Shown here one piece after another: positions 55,340 through 64,000 of a stretch of 64,000 nt of DNA (the stretch's first letter is position 1; each line of letters opens with the position of its first letter). A program made the translations under genes and the position numbers. The DNA is taken from assembly GCA_963755915.1 (NCBI GenBank), contig CAVWLP010000002.1, positions 3,872,001 to 3,936,000 of the forward strand, in the 5' to 3' direction. Below the pieces are notes generated by a model. That model ran no database searches and was not told where the DNA came from. It saw only the letters and a program-made list of their open reading frames with translations. The stretch comes from an uncultured Phycisphaerales bacterium (GTDB lineage: Bacteria; Planctomycetota; Phycisphaerae; Tepidisphaerales; Tepidisphaeraceae).

Positions 55340-55786
55340 CTGCCAGTTTACCCCAAGATTGCTTTACAAATCGTTAAGGTGGAGGTGTGCAGATGCACGC
55401 CACCCGCCTACCATCTATTGGCTTGAAAGACCTGATTATTTCATTTTGTGGCGACTGATTTGTGGCGGATTCGCACCGATTCGCGATGCCCTTCGGAACC
55501 CGTGGCCCCGTTTAGACACAATTAGTGGAAAATTCTTGAGTACCCACAGACATCTTCCCTTAGCACTGCTAAGGAGGATTTTCCCCGGGAAAACGACTTT
55601 GCGACGAAGCGCAAACCCGTTTCAACGACGCTACGGAGCGTCGTAAATCTGCATAAACGATTCCCCGGAAATACGACCCATCGGCAGACTGCCGATCAGT
55701 GCCATCGCTTCAGAATCTTATTGACCGAACGCGTGAACCGGCGTAACCAGAAATGAGAATCGTAAAATCGTAATCACGACGGATCA

Positions 55787-56425
55787 GTGCCCAAGGTCAT
55801 TGCAATTCTTAACCAAAAAGGCGGCGTCGGTAAGACCACTCTGGCGGTCCATCTGGCTACGGCATTGGCCCGCAAGAAACGGGCCGTCATATTGCTGGAT
55901 GCCGATCCGCAGGGCAGTGCCCTCGATTGGGCCGCCGCCCGGCATGGCGATCCGCTGTTTCCCGTTGTTGGGTTGCCGAAATCATCAATCCACAAGGAAC
56001 TACCCGCCCTGGCCGCCAGCTATGAGTTGGTCATCATCGACGGCCCGCCGCGTGTCTACGATGTGGCCCGCTCGGCCATCATGGCCGCTGACCTGGTATT
56101 GGTGCCGGTGCAGCCGTCACCCTATGACGTGTGGGCCGCCAAGGAAATCATCGACTTGCTGACCGAGGCATCCATTTACAAGCCGAACCTCCGCAAGGCA
56201 TTCATCATCAATCGTAAAATCGCAAATACGGCGATAGGCCGGGACGTGGCCGAGGCCCTCAGCGAGTATCCCATCCCGGTGCTGGAATCGGCTATTTGCC
56301 AGCGGGTTGCTTTTGCGGAAAGTGCCACGCAGGGCCTCACCGTCTATGAATTGGACCCGGAGATGCTGGCCAGCCAGGAGATGGACACGTTGGCCGAAGA
56401 AGTGGAAAGGATGCTCCGCAAATGA
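55787..56425 (+). CDS. parA: ParA/ParF family partition ATPase
   Basis: NQKGGVGKTT, DADPQGSA, IIDGPP, PVQPSPYD. Confidence 0.93.
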   Translation: MPKVIAILNQKGGVGKTTLAVHLATALARKKRAVILLDADPQGSALDWAAARHGDPLFPVVGLPKSSIHKELPALAASYELVIIDGPPRVYDVARSAIMAADLVLVPVQPSPYDVWAAKEIIDLLTEASIYKPNLRKAFIINRKIANTAIGRDVAEALSEYPIPVLESAICQRVAFAESATQGLTVYELDPEMLASQEMDTLAEEVERMLRK

Positions 56426-56583
56426 AGAAGGTGACATTTGGCGGCAAACGGCCCAGCACAGTGTCACGGGGCGCGCCAAAACCAGCCAGGGCGGGGCGCT
56501 TCAAAACCGGCCAATGTGCTGACGTATTCTATACCGCATCCGTTCTATCCGACGCAACTGTTCCTTGAGTTATTGGTCCCCGT

Positions 56584-57474
56584 TCACGCCGTCTGGCCGG
56601 CGGATACCCCCACATCAGAAGACAACGGCGGCTCTGTCACGGTGTCTTCCGGGGGGGAGCACCCTTCATCGCCGGCGGTACTCCGCCGTCCTTTTGGATT
56701 TGTCTTTTCCGGTGTCCCGGATTGGCCTGCCGTGAGCGAAGTCGAATGGCCCCCATGCCGAAGGCGGTAGCTCTTGCCGGTGATGTTGATGATCGTGGCG
56801 TGCTGCAGGAACCGATCCAGAATGGCCGTGGCCGCCGGCACGTCGCCGATCAGCTTGGCCCAGTCCTCCAGTGGACGGTTGCTGGTCATCATCGTCGAGC
56901 GGTTCTCGTGCCGGCGCATGACGATCTCCAGCAGGCATTCGCCGCTGCGCCGCGGAAGCTGCTTCATTCCCATGTCGTCGATGATAAGCAGATCAGGCTT
57001 GAGATACCGGGCCAGCGTCTTGTCCTGGGCTCCCAGATCCTCGTCGCCTAAAAAGTCGCGGGCCAGGTCGAAGATGGATCGGTACAGGACCACCAAGCCG
57101 CTCTTGATCGCCTGGTGTCCGATGGCCTGGGCCAAAAACGATTTGCCCACGCCGGGCGGACCCAGCAAGAGCACGTCACGTTTGTCACGAATGAACTGGC
57201 CGGCGGCCAGATCGTGAATCTGTTTGCGTTTGATGGAGGTGTTGAAGGAGAAGTCGAACTCGTCGAGGTTTTTGGTGTCGCGGAACATCGCCGCCTTGAC
57301 GCGCCGGCCGATCTGCCGGCTGGATCGGACGTTCAGTTCATCCTGAAGGATCAGTTCCAAAAACTCACTGTGGTCGAGCCGATTGCCGGCCGCCTCGCTC
57401 AGGCGAACTTCAAGGCTGCTCGCCAGACCTGAAAGCCGAAGTTGCTTGAGCGTCTGCATCAACGAAGGTCTCAT
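56584..57474 (-). CDS. istB: IS21 helper AAA+ ATPase
   Basis: GPPGVGKS, LLIIDDMG, TSNRP, AILDRFL. Confidence 0.95.
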   Translation of the reverse strand: MRPSLMQTLKQLRLSGLASSLEVRLSEAAGNRLDHSEFLELILQDELNVRSSRQIGRRVKAAMFRDTKNLDEFDFSFNTSIKRKQIHDLAAGQFIRDKRDVLLLGPPGVGKSFLAQAIGHQAIKSGLVVLYRSIFDLARDFLGDEDLGAQDKTLARYLKPDLLIIDDMGMKQLPRRSGECLLEIVMRRHENRSTMMTSNRPLEDWAKLIGDVPAATAILDRFLQHATIINITGKSYRLRHGGHSTSLTAGQSGTPEKTNPKGRRSTAGDEGCSPPEDTVTEPPLSSDVGVSAGQTA

Positions 57475-59272
57475 GGGGTGGACTCCCTTCGGCTCTGCTC
57501 AGGGCAGGCCTGTAAAGGTTGTGCGGCAGGCAAAGCCTCCGCTTGGGTGATTGCGTCGCGTACGAACTGTCCGTAATCGGCCAGTCCGCGGATGATTGGA
57601 TGTTCCTGAACAAACTCGAAGTGTTGTTGAACCGGCGCGCCGTTTTGGTGTTCGATGAGCTGCCGCAGGGAGCGCAGGTGATACGCGCCATGCCCCAGAG
57701 CAATCTCGCAGGCTCGTTCCACGGCCGGTCGCGGCTGCTGATTGGCCAGCGACAGCAGCCCCATCAACACGCGCACGCCTTCGATGCCGCGATGCTGAAG
57801 CATTGACTGCGCCCACTGCGTGGCGTGCGGCCCGATGCATTCGATCCGCTGGAGAAGCCAGGTCGTTCCACGCTCGATGCCGCTGATCTTCTCCGGCAGG
57901 ATATGGGCGTCTTGCGTCGAGAACCTGCCCGGCGGACGCTGCGCGTGCAGAGCGATCGCACGCATCTTCTGATCGAACAGCCGGACCGTGCGCCGTTCCA
58001 CCGCGCCCAGACCCGCTGGCCCAAAAACTCCGGCGGGACCGAATAGTACGCCCCCTTGATCTCCACGTGCCCGTCGCGGTGAACACTGCGCAACGCCTCG
58101 GTGAAAAGATCGAATCGCACCGGCGGCAGAGCCAACAGTGCCGGCTTCTCTACCTGCTCGAAGACTTCCTTCACCTGCCGCCGCGTCGTGCCGTGGATGC
58201 GCGTGTCGGCCACGCTCTTCTCCCACGTCAGCAGATGCGCGTTCTGATCCGAGAGCGAGGCGAATTGCCGGCCTTTGAGAGCATTGCTCTTCACATAGCC
58301 GATGCCCCGCTCGATCTTCCCCTTGTGCCGCGGCGTGTACGGCTTGGTGGGCAGAATGGCGATTCCATAATGTTCGGCGAACGACCGGACCTTGGGACAC
58401 AACTCCGCCTCGAACCAGTCCGCCCGCGTCACCGCCGCGCGAAGATTGTCGATCACCAGCGCTGACGGCATCCCGCCGAAGTGCGTAAAGGCATTTTCCA
58501 GACAACGCAGAAAATCATCGGTCGTCTGCCGCTCCACCGCCTCGGCGTACCCCTTGCGGCTGTGGCTCAGCACAATGCGGAAGACCCAGGTTGCTTTGCG
58601 TTTGCCGTCAGGACCGACCAGGGCGCACCCCGGCCGAAGTCCACCTGCGCCTCGGCTCCCGGCTCGCATTCCATCCGGCGAAAGGGCGCCGGCGCGGCAG
58701 CCGAGAGCTTCTTGATGAACCGGCGCACGCTGTAATAGCTGCCGGCATAGCCGTGATCGCTGGAGATGTCTTGATAAATCCGCTGGGCCGTCAGCCCGGC
58801 TTCCAACTTCTGAACAATGACCTCACGCCAGGGCGATGCCGTACTGACCGACCCGATGGGCGCGCCGGATAACCCGGTGGGCGCGCTCTCCGAGCCGCCT
58901 GCGGCGAGCACCGTCGAGCCGCCTGCGGCGAGCACCGTCGAGCCGCCTGCGGCGAGCACCGTCGAGCCGCCTGCGGCGAGCACCGTCGAGCCGCCTGCGG
59001 CGAGCACCGTCGAGCCGCCTGCGGCGAGCACCGTCGAGCCGCCTGCGGCGAGCACCGTCGAGCCGCCTGCGGCGAGCACCGTCGAGCCGAGGGCGCGCTG
59101 GCCGGTTTTGAATCCGATCCGGGCGCCGCAGGATCGCCGCCCGACAACCGGATGTGGCGTCCAACGGTCTCCCGGTGAACGCCGAGTTGGCGGGCGATGT
59201 TCCGATTGGACCAGCCGCTGGCGCAAGTGCCAAAATTGCTTGTACTTCCGCCATCTTGAGTTGATTGGCCAT
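57471..59272 (-). CDS. istA: IS21 transposase (frameshifted)
   Basis: HTH NIARQLGVHRETV, EAQVDFG, IDNLRA, KGKIER, RIHGTT, YYSVP. Confidence 0.9.
58892..59089. repeat. 24-bp tandem repeat, 8 perfect copies plus 6 nt, within istA
   Basis: GAGCCGCCTGCGGCGAGCACCGTC x8. Confidence 0.95.
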
Positions 59273-59627
59273 CCCACCATTGGCTTGCGGCAACCGCCGA
59301 AAGCCAAGGTCGATAACCCAATCTCCTGTGCCTCAAAATGGCCGGTTTTGGCGCGCCCTCAATTGGCCGGTTTTGCGCGCCCCATGACAGCACCGCACCA
59401 ACCGGCAATGCCGACGCTTGGGTACATAACCGAGAGGCAGGGGAGCCGGAACCCATGAAGCGGCTCACTATTGACGTGCCGCTAAGCCTGCACAAGCGAA
59501 TCAAGAGTCAGTGTGCGATTGAAAACCTCATCATGGCGGATGTTGTCCGCGACTTGCTGGAAAAACGATTCCCGCCCGGCGGGCCACAATCGTAAATACG
59601 ATTTGTCGTGAATACGACGATACGGCT

Positions 59628-60248
59628 TTAGTTGTTGACAGGTTCCGGCAGGGCAGGGGCCGGTAATGCCAGAGTATCGTCGAGCGGCAATTCCTGCTGG
59701 CGGCTCGCGCCCTTCAAATGGTACGTCCGCACGAACGCGAGCCGGTCCCCGTTGAACATGAAACGTATGTTGATGAAGAAGACGCCGTCGCTGGTGCTAC
59801 GGTAAAGGAATTCTTTTTCGAGCAATTCACGCAGGCCCCGGCGGAAGGTGCGTTCATTCAAGCCGCGATCCTGTGCCATGTATTGGCTCAGTTCGATCTT
59901 GTCATTTCCGTGGTTTTCCCTGATTTGGTGGTAAACCAGTTCAAAGACCGCCATGCCCGATTTGGAAAGCCCGCAGGCTTGTTTGATGCCGTCCAGAAAC
60001 AGTTTCACGAACCGGCTGGCGTCCACTTCCTCCTGCCACCAGAAGCCCATGCCGCCGATGCCTTTGATTTCGCCGGTGCCGTTGTCCACGATGACGGCAG
60101 CCTTGCCACCAGGCACCTCGAAACGCTTCTGTCGCGTAGCCAGACCATTTGCCGGTGGCAGGCTGGGATTCTCACGATACACCGGGAGTCCGCGTTTCGT
60201 GGCGACATGGTTGGTTTCCGCTCGCAACTTTTGTCCGTTTTCGGCCAT
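59628..60248 (-). CDS. Plasmid replication protein, RepL-like winged helix
   Basis: EVDASRFVKLF, RTFRRGLRELLEKEFL..GVFFIN.RFMFNGDRL; GAGGGGG RBS. Confidence 0.7.
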   Translation of the reverse strand: MAENGQKLRAETNHVATKRGLPVYRENPSLPPANGLATRQKRFEVPGGKAAVIVDNGTGEIKGIGGMGFWWQEEVDASRFVKLFLDGIKQACGLSKSGMAVFELVYHQIRENHGNDKIELSQYMAQDRGLNERTFRRGLRELLEKEFLYRSTSDGVFFINIRFMFNGDRLAFVRTYHLKGASRQQELPLDDTLALPAPALPEPVNN

Positions 60249-60582
60249 TTTACCCCCTCTTTTTTGGTCAGGAACTACCAGCACCCTGTCACTATTCGGC
60301 CAATTTTGCAACTGGTTTTTGACCGTTGACGACCACAAATTGTCCGTTCTCGGACAGAAACTGTCCGTCGCGATCCAGATAAATCAAAGCGTTAAGCCGT
60401 TCCTCTTTCTTATACTAAAAAGCCTCTTTTTTTTGCCCCGACGCCGCGCAATGCAATTGAGCGCCGTAGGCGGCGGGGCCAAACCTTCCTGATGAGAACG
60501 CGATGCCCTGTGGATAAGCCGTGCAACGAACAGATGAGTCCGGTGCCAATCAGCACCGCTTTACCGTGTGGAACGGAGACGC

Positions 60583-61821
60583 TCAGCAGAAGAACTTAGG
60601 AGAGAGCCATTTCCTGAGCATGCGTTTGCCCGGCACCTCGATGATGCGATAGGTGCAAGTGGCCGCGACGGTGGTGACAACCAAGTAAAGAAGCAGTTTC
60701 AGGAGCGACACGGCGTATGCGAGCGTCGATGGAACATACGCGACGTATTGGGGCAGTACGTTGCTGAAAATCCAAAACTGCACGATGTAGACCGAATAGC
60801 TGATTTCACCGCCACCCTGCATGGCATGCGTGCTGCACAGTCGGGTCAGCAGGTTCGGGTGCCGGGAAGAGGCGTAGAGGAGGTACGCCAGAAAAGGCGC
60901 CCATCCGAAATTGTGTGCGAGGAACGGCAAAAAGCTTGTCGCAGGTAACAGGCCCGCGTCGCCAATCGCCAGGATGGCGATGGCTGCGAGACAGCAGAGG
61001 GAAAAAAGACCGCTGTGCCTGCGGCCACTCGGCGACTCGCCGCTGTGCTGAGTGAGCATGTACATTCGGGCGGCGAACGAACCCAAGATGAACTCGCCAA
61101 GCCGCACGTAGGGTGAGGCGTAGGTGAACCAGTTCCAGACATCCCCGCGGCCGGTAATGGCGAGGGCGGAGAGAAACGCCGTCACCTCCGTTTGTTTTGC
61201 AAATAGGGCGGCGAGAAGCGGAAAGCAGCCAGCCGAAAGCAGGATGGCGTTGCGCCGGATTTGAGGGATGGAAGCGGTGCGCCGGGGACGGCGGATCAAG
61301 TACAGGGCGAAACACAGGTAGAAGAAGCATTCGGTGCTGATAGACCAAGCCGGGCGGAAGGTAACCCACTGCACGTTCCACCAGCTCTGTGTCAGCGTGA
61401 AATAGCTGAGCTTCTGTGGCCAGGTGGCATGGCGGAACAGCGGCTTGTAGTTCTGACGACTGCACAGAAGGAATGTGATATAGAGCGGATAGAGTCGGGC
61501 GAACCTCGCCACCGCAAAGTCGCGAGCGGCCTGTCGCCAAGGCAGCCGAACGAAGCGGTCATAGTAGCCGTAGGTGATGACAAAGCCGCTGAGCACAAAG
61601 AAGAGCGACATGCCCAGGTGGGCAAGGCACACCACGTATTTGTGAGCGACAGAGTCCAATTGGCCGTAGGCGAATGTGGTGTCAGCACTGTGGGACACCA
61701 AGACCAGGTACGCGGCGATCGCTCGAACGCCGGTCAGATGGGGAATCGGCGGTCGCTTTACATATCCCGAGTTGGCCATGTCAATCGCGTCGAGGGTGTG
61801 TTGCTCGAATCGGCTTAGCAC
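60583..61821 (-). CDS. Acyltransferase family 3 (OafA-like) membrane protein
   Basis: LTGVRAIAA..V..SH, FFVLSGFVI, RFARLYP, WSISTE.FFY, ISYSVY. Confidence 0.9.
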   Translation of the reverse strand: MLSRFEQHTLDAIDMANSGYVKRPPIPHLTGVRAIAAYLVLVSHSADTTFAYGQLDSVAHKYVVCLAHLGMSLFFVLSGFVITYGYYDRFVRLPWRQAARDFAVARFARLYPLYITFLLCSRQNYKPLFRHATWPQKLSYFTLTQSWWNVQWVTFRPAWSISTECFFYLCFALYLIRRPRRTASIPQIRRNAILLSAGCFPLLAALFAKQTEVTAFLSALAITGRGDVWNWFTYASPYVRLGEFILGSFAARMYMLTQHSGESPSGRRHSGLFSLCCLAAIAILAIGDAGLLPATSFLPFLAHNFGWAPFLAYLLYASSRHPNLLTRLCSTHAMQGGGEISYSVYIVQFWIFSNVLPQYVAYVPSTLAYAVSLLKLLLYLVVTTVAATCTYRIIEVPGKRMLRKWLSPKFFC

Positions 61822-62238
61822 ATCCTTTGACGAATCCGCAAGCGGTTATCGGTGGCTCGGTGCTTGTCGCATCAACGGATTGTAACTGCTTGGAATCGTC
61901 CCCGCTTAGATTTGCAGTATCGTTGCCAACTGAACTAAAGCGATGCCTTGACCATCGCCACAATCCCGGATTTAATCGCCTTGTGGAGAGTTGGCCACGC
62001 AAGAGCCACGGCCAAGAAATCCTCATCCATCGGAAATGGCAACGAGGGAGGTGGTGCCGCTTTCACGCCACCCGTTTCCGAAATCGCTTTATTTCCGCCG
62101 GAATTCTCGGGTTTTGTCGAGGGTTCGACCCCCTTCGCCCGCTTTCAGGTTTTTCGCAGTCACTTCTCGCTACCGATTCCGAGTTTCATTTTTTGTTCGA
62201 CCACTGCTACACTGCCCCCGACTTAAATTTGGAGACTC

Positions 62239-62703
62239 ATGCCCGACAAGAAATCATCCGCATTGAAGCAGTTGATCGACGGATTACAGGAAGACCTTTC
62301 ACGGGAATATCAGGCGGTGATCGCCTATACGGTGTACAGCAACGTGCTCTCCGGTGCACAGTGGATGGATATCGCCCGGGAACTGAAGAAGCATGCATCG
62401 GAAGAGCTGCAACATGCGATGATCATCGCGGATCAACTGGATTACCTGGGCGAGATGCCGAACGCTTCGCCGAAGACGGTGAAATTGTCGAAGAAGGCTG
62501 AGGATATGCTTCGGTTTGACCTGGAGAACGAAACGGTAACGATCAAGGCATATCGCGAGCGGGTTCGGCAGGCGGAGGCGCTGGGGCACTATGCGTTGGC
62601 GGAGCAAATCCGGAAAATCATCGCGCAGGAACAGGAACACCAACATGATCTGGCGACGGCGCTGGGGATTGATGTGCCCAAGGTGCTGGAAGACGGGGCT
62701 TGA
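62239..62703 (+). CDS. Ferritin/bacterioferritin-like protein
   Basis: EYQAVIAY, EELQHA, DLENE, EQEH di-iron motifs. Confidence 0.85.
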   Translation: MPDKKSSALKQLIDGLQEDLSREYQAVIAYTVYSNVLSGAQWMDIARELKKHASEELQHAMIIADQLDYLGEMPNASPKTVKLSKKAEDMLRFDLENETVTIKAYRERVRQAEALGHYALAEQIRKIIAQEQEHQHDLATALGIDVPKVLEDGA

Positions 62704-62838
62704 ATCCGCCTCGATCGGTTTTAGGGGAAGGGCATTTTTCGCTTTACATCCGCAATGAGAGGCGCTAATGGGATTTACCGGGCTTTCTCCTGGTTTTTTA
62801 AGTTTGGAGGGTGCAGCGGAAATGTCAGCATCGGAGCG

Positions 62839-62870
62839 AAGCGCTCCCCTTCGGGTCGCGGCTAAACGGG
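62839..62870. repeat. REP-like repeat, family B, copy 2
   Basis: aagcgctccccttcgggtcgcggctaaacggg. Confidence 0.55.
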
Positions 62871-62919
62871 GAAGGGGTGGTCATCCCACCGCGGTTTGGG
62901 GTTTTGTGGTTTGGACGGT

Positions 62920-64000
62920 TCTGATGTTTATGGTTTGGGTGCGCGCGGCGGGGGCCGCGGATTGGCAGTGGATCACCAGCACCGATACCCAGCGGTGGGT
63001 GCCGCAGGCGCCGGTGATTCCGATGAACGCCGCGGTTCCGCAGGTTTCGCCGGCGGCGATTTCGGCGACGCAGCCGGACCTTGAAGGGGATCGGCTTCCG
63101 GCTTCGGGGCCGCTGACGATTGTGATTGATCCGGATGCCACGGGCCAGCGCATCGACGGGTTTGGGGGGTGCTTTAATGAGATTGGGTGGCGGGCGCTGC
63201 TGCGGCTGGATGATGTGGATCGGGAAAGGGTGCTTAAGTCGCTGTTCGATTCCAAGGAGGGATTGGATTTCAATATTTGTCGGGTGCCGATTGGGTCGAG
63301 CGATTTTGGGCTCAGTCCGTATTCGCTGGATGACGTGGCGGGGGATGTGGGGCTGGAGCATTTTTCGATTGAGCGGGATCGGTTCATGCTGATTCCGTAT
63401 ATCAAGGCGGCGATGGGGGTTCGGCCGGATTTGCGAGTGTGGGGGTGTCCATGGAGTCCGCCGGCCTGGATGAAGACCTCGGGGACTTACAACGGGGGGA
63501 AGATTCGGTGGGAGCCGGCGATCTTGAACGCGTATGCCAACTATCTGGCGCGATTTGTTGAGGCGTATCGGGGGGAGGGGATCGATTTGTTCGCCGTGGC
63601 GGTGCAGAACGAGCCTACGCAGGATACGAAGTATCCATCGTGCGTGTGGCCGGATGCGGGGACGATGCGGGATTTTATTCGGGATTATGCTGGGCCGGTG
63701 TTTGCGCAAAGGAATGTGCAGGCGAAATTGTGGCTGGGGACGATTACCAATAATCGGTTTGATTGGTTCAAGACGATTCTGGACGATCCGGGGGTGATGC
63801 GGACGATCGGAGGGGTGGGGATTCAATACTGGAGCGGGGATGTGGCGGCGCGGCTTCATGCGACGTATCCGAATCTGCCGCTGATGGAGACGGAGACGAA
63901 ATGCTTCAACGGGCATAACGACTGGTATGACGCGGAGGAGACGTTTCGGCAGATGATGGTGTTTTTTCGCGGAGGGGTGAGTGCGTATATGTATTGGAAT
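62920..64000 (+). CDS. Glycoside hydrolase family 30, runs off right edge; start uncertain
   Basis: Own translation: QRIDGFGGCFNE, RVPIGSSDF, WSPPAWMKT, VQNEP. Confidence 0.85.

Larger units (their letters stand above)
56462..59389 (-). mobile_element. IS21-family insertion sequence, 2,928 bp
   Basis: TGTCA termini with repeated CAAAACCGGCCA subterminal motifs; TSD gcacag/gcaccg; istA+istB. Confidence 0.93.
56422..59595 (+). pseudogene. ParG-like ribbon-helix-helix partition protein interrupted by IS21
   Basis: MKKVTFGGKRPST (56422-56460) joins in frame to APTGNADAWV..KRLTIDVPLSLHKRIK (to 59595) when IS plus one 6-bp TSD is removed. Confidence 0.85.
46132..62144. mobile_element. Integrated plasmid-like integrative mobilizable element (~16 kb) in tRNA-Gly
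   Basis: 30-bp direct repeat TGTCGAGGGTTCGACCCCCTTCGCCCGCTT at 46132-46161 and 62115-62144; int, xis, MOBF, par, rep inside; lower GC. Confidence 0.93.

Noticed and set aside
58892-59089. 24-bp repeat as a second CRISPR array
   Set aside because: Head-to-tail copies with no spacers, inside istA.
3095-59272. Frameshifts in sod, ffh, glgP, cas9, istA and others as pseudogenes or programmed frameshifts
   Set aside because: They hit many unrelated genes including essential ffh, with no shared slippery motif seen; sequencing error is the simplest explanation.
46132-62144. Prophage or self-transmissible ICE
   Set aside because: No virion genes, T4SS or coupling protein.
63094-63107. Spacer 1 self-targeting the GH30 gene
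   Set aside because: Only 14 of 31 nt (gcttccggcttcgg) match in GC-rich DNA. By eye neither spacer matches the adjacent island.
682-63916. Long antisense/overlapping ORFs (e.g. 682-1509, 5083-6183, 40743-42083, 62825-63916)
   Set aside because: Shadow frames of real high-GC genes, Arg/Pro-rich with no motifs.

Overview
High-GC bacterial chromosome segment. Gene content (HYExAFE protein, dockerin/PEP-CTERM proteins, rpsP-trmD-rplS without rimM) suggests a planctomycete, possibly Phycisphaerae; this is inference. Single-base frameshifts in many unrelated genes, including essential ffh, are best read as long-read consensus errors. 1-40 kb is mostly housekeeping and accessory genes (sod, LptD-like, rplS/trmD/rpsP, ffh, glgP, sppA, fliD/fliS, rph, rsmD, bioB, fabI). 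40.2-45.0 kb is a compact type II-C CRISPR-Cas locus: tracrRNA, ~1,000-aa cas9, cas1, cas2 and a 2-spacer array whose last repeat is fused to a perfect 32-bp palindrome. 46.1-62.1 kb is a ~16-kb plasmid-like integrative mobilizable element in tRNA-Gly(GCC), bounded by 30-bp att repeats. It carries int/xis, a RelE/ParE TA pair, resolvase, MOBF relaxase, ParA/ParG (parG split by an IS21), RepL-like protein and acyltransferase cargo. Top finding: the att core lies inside the integrase reading frame. Integrated, the protein ends with 5 aa read from the tRNA antisense strand; excision would join it in frame to a 59-aa tail stored 16 kb away at attR, a candidate recombination-controlled C-terminal switch.
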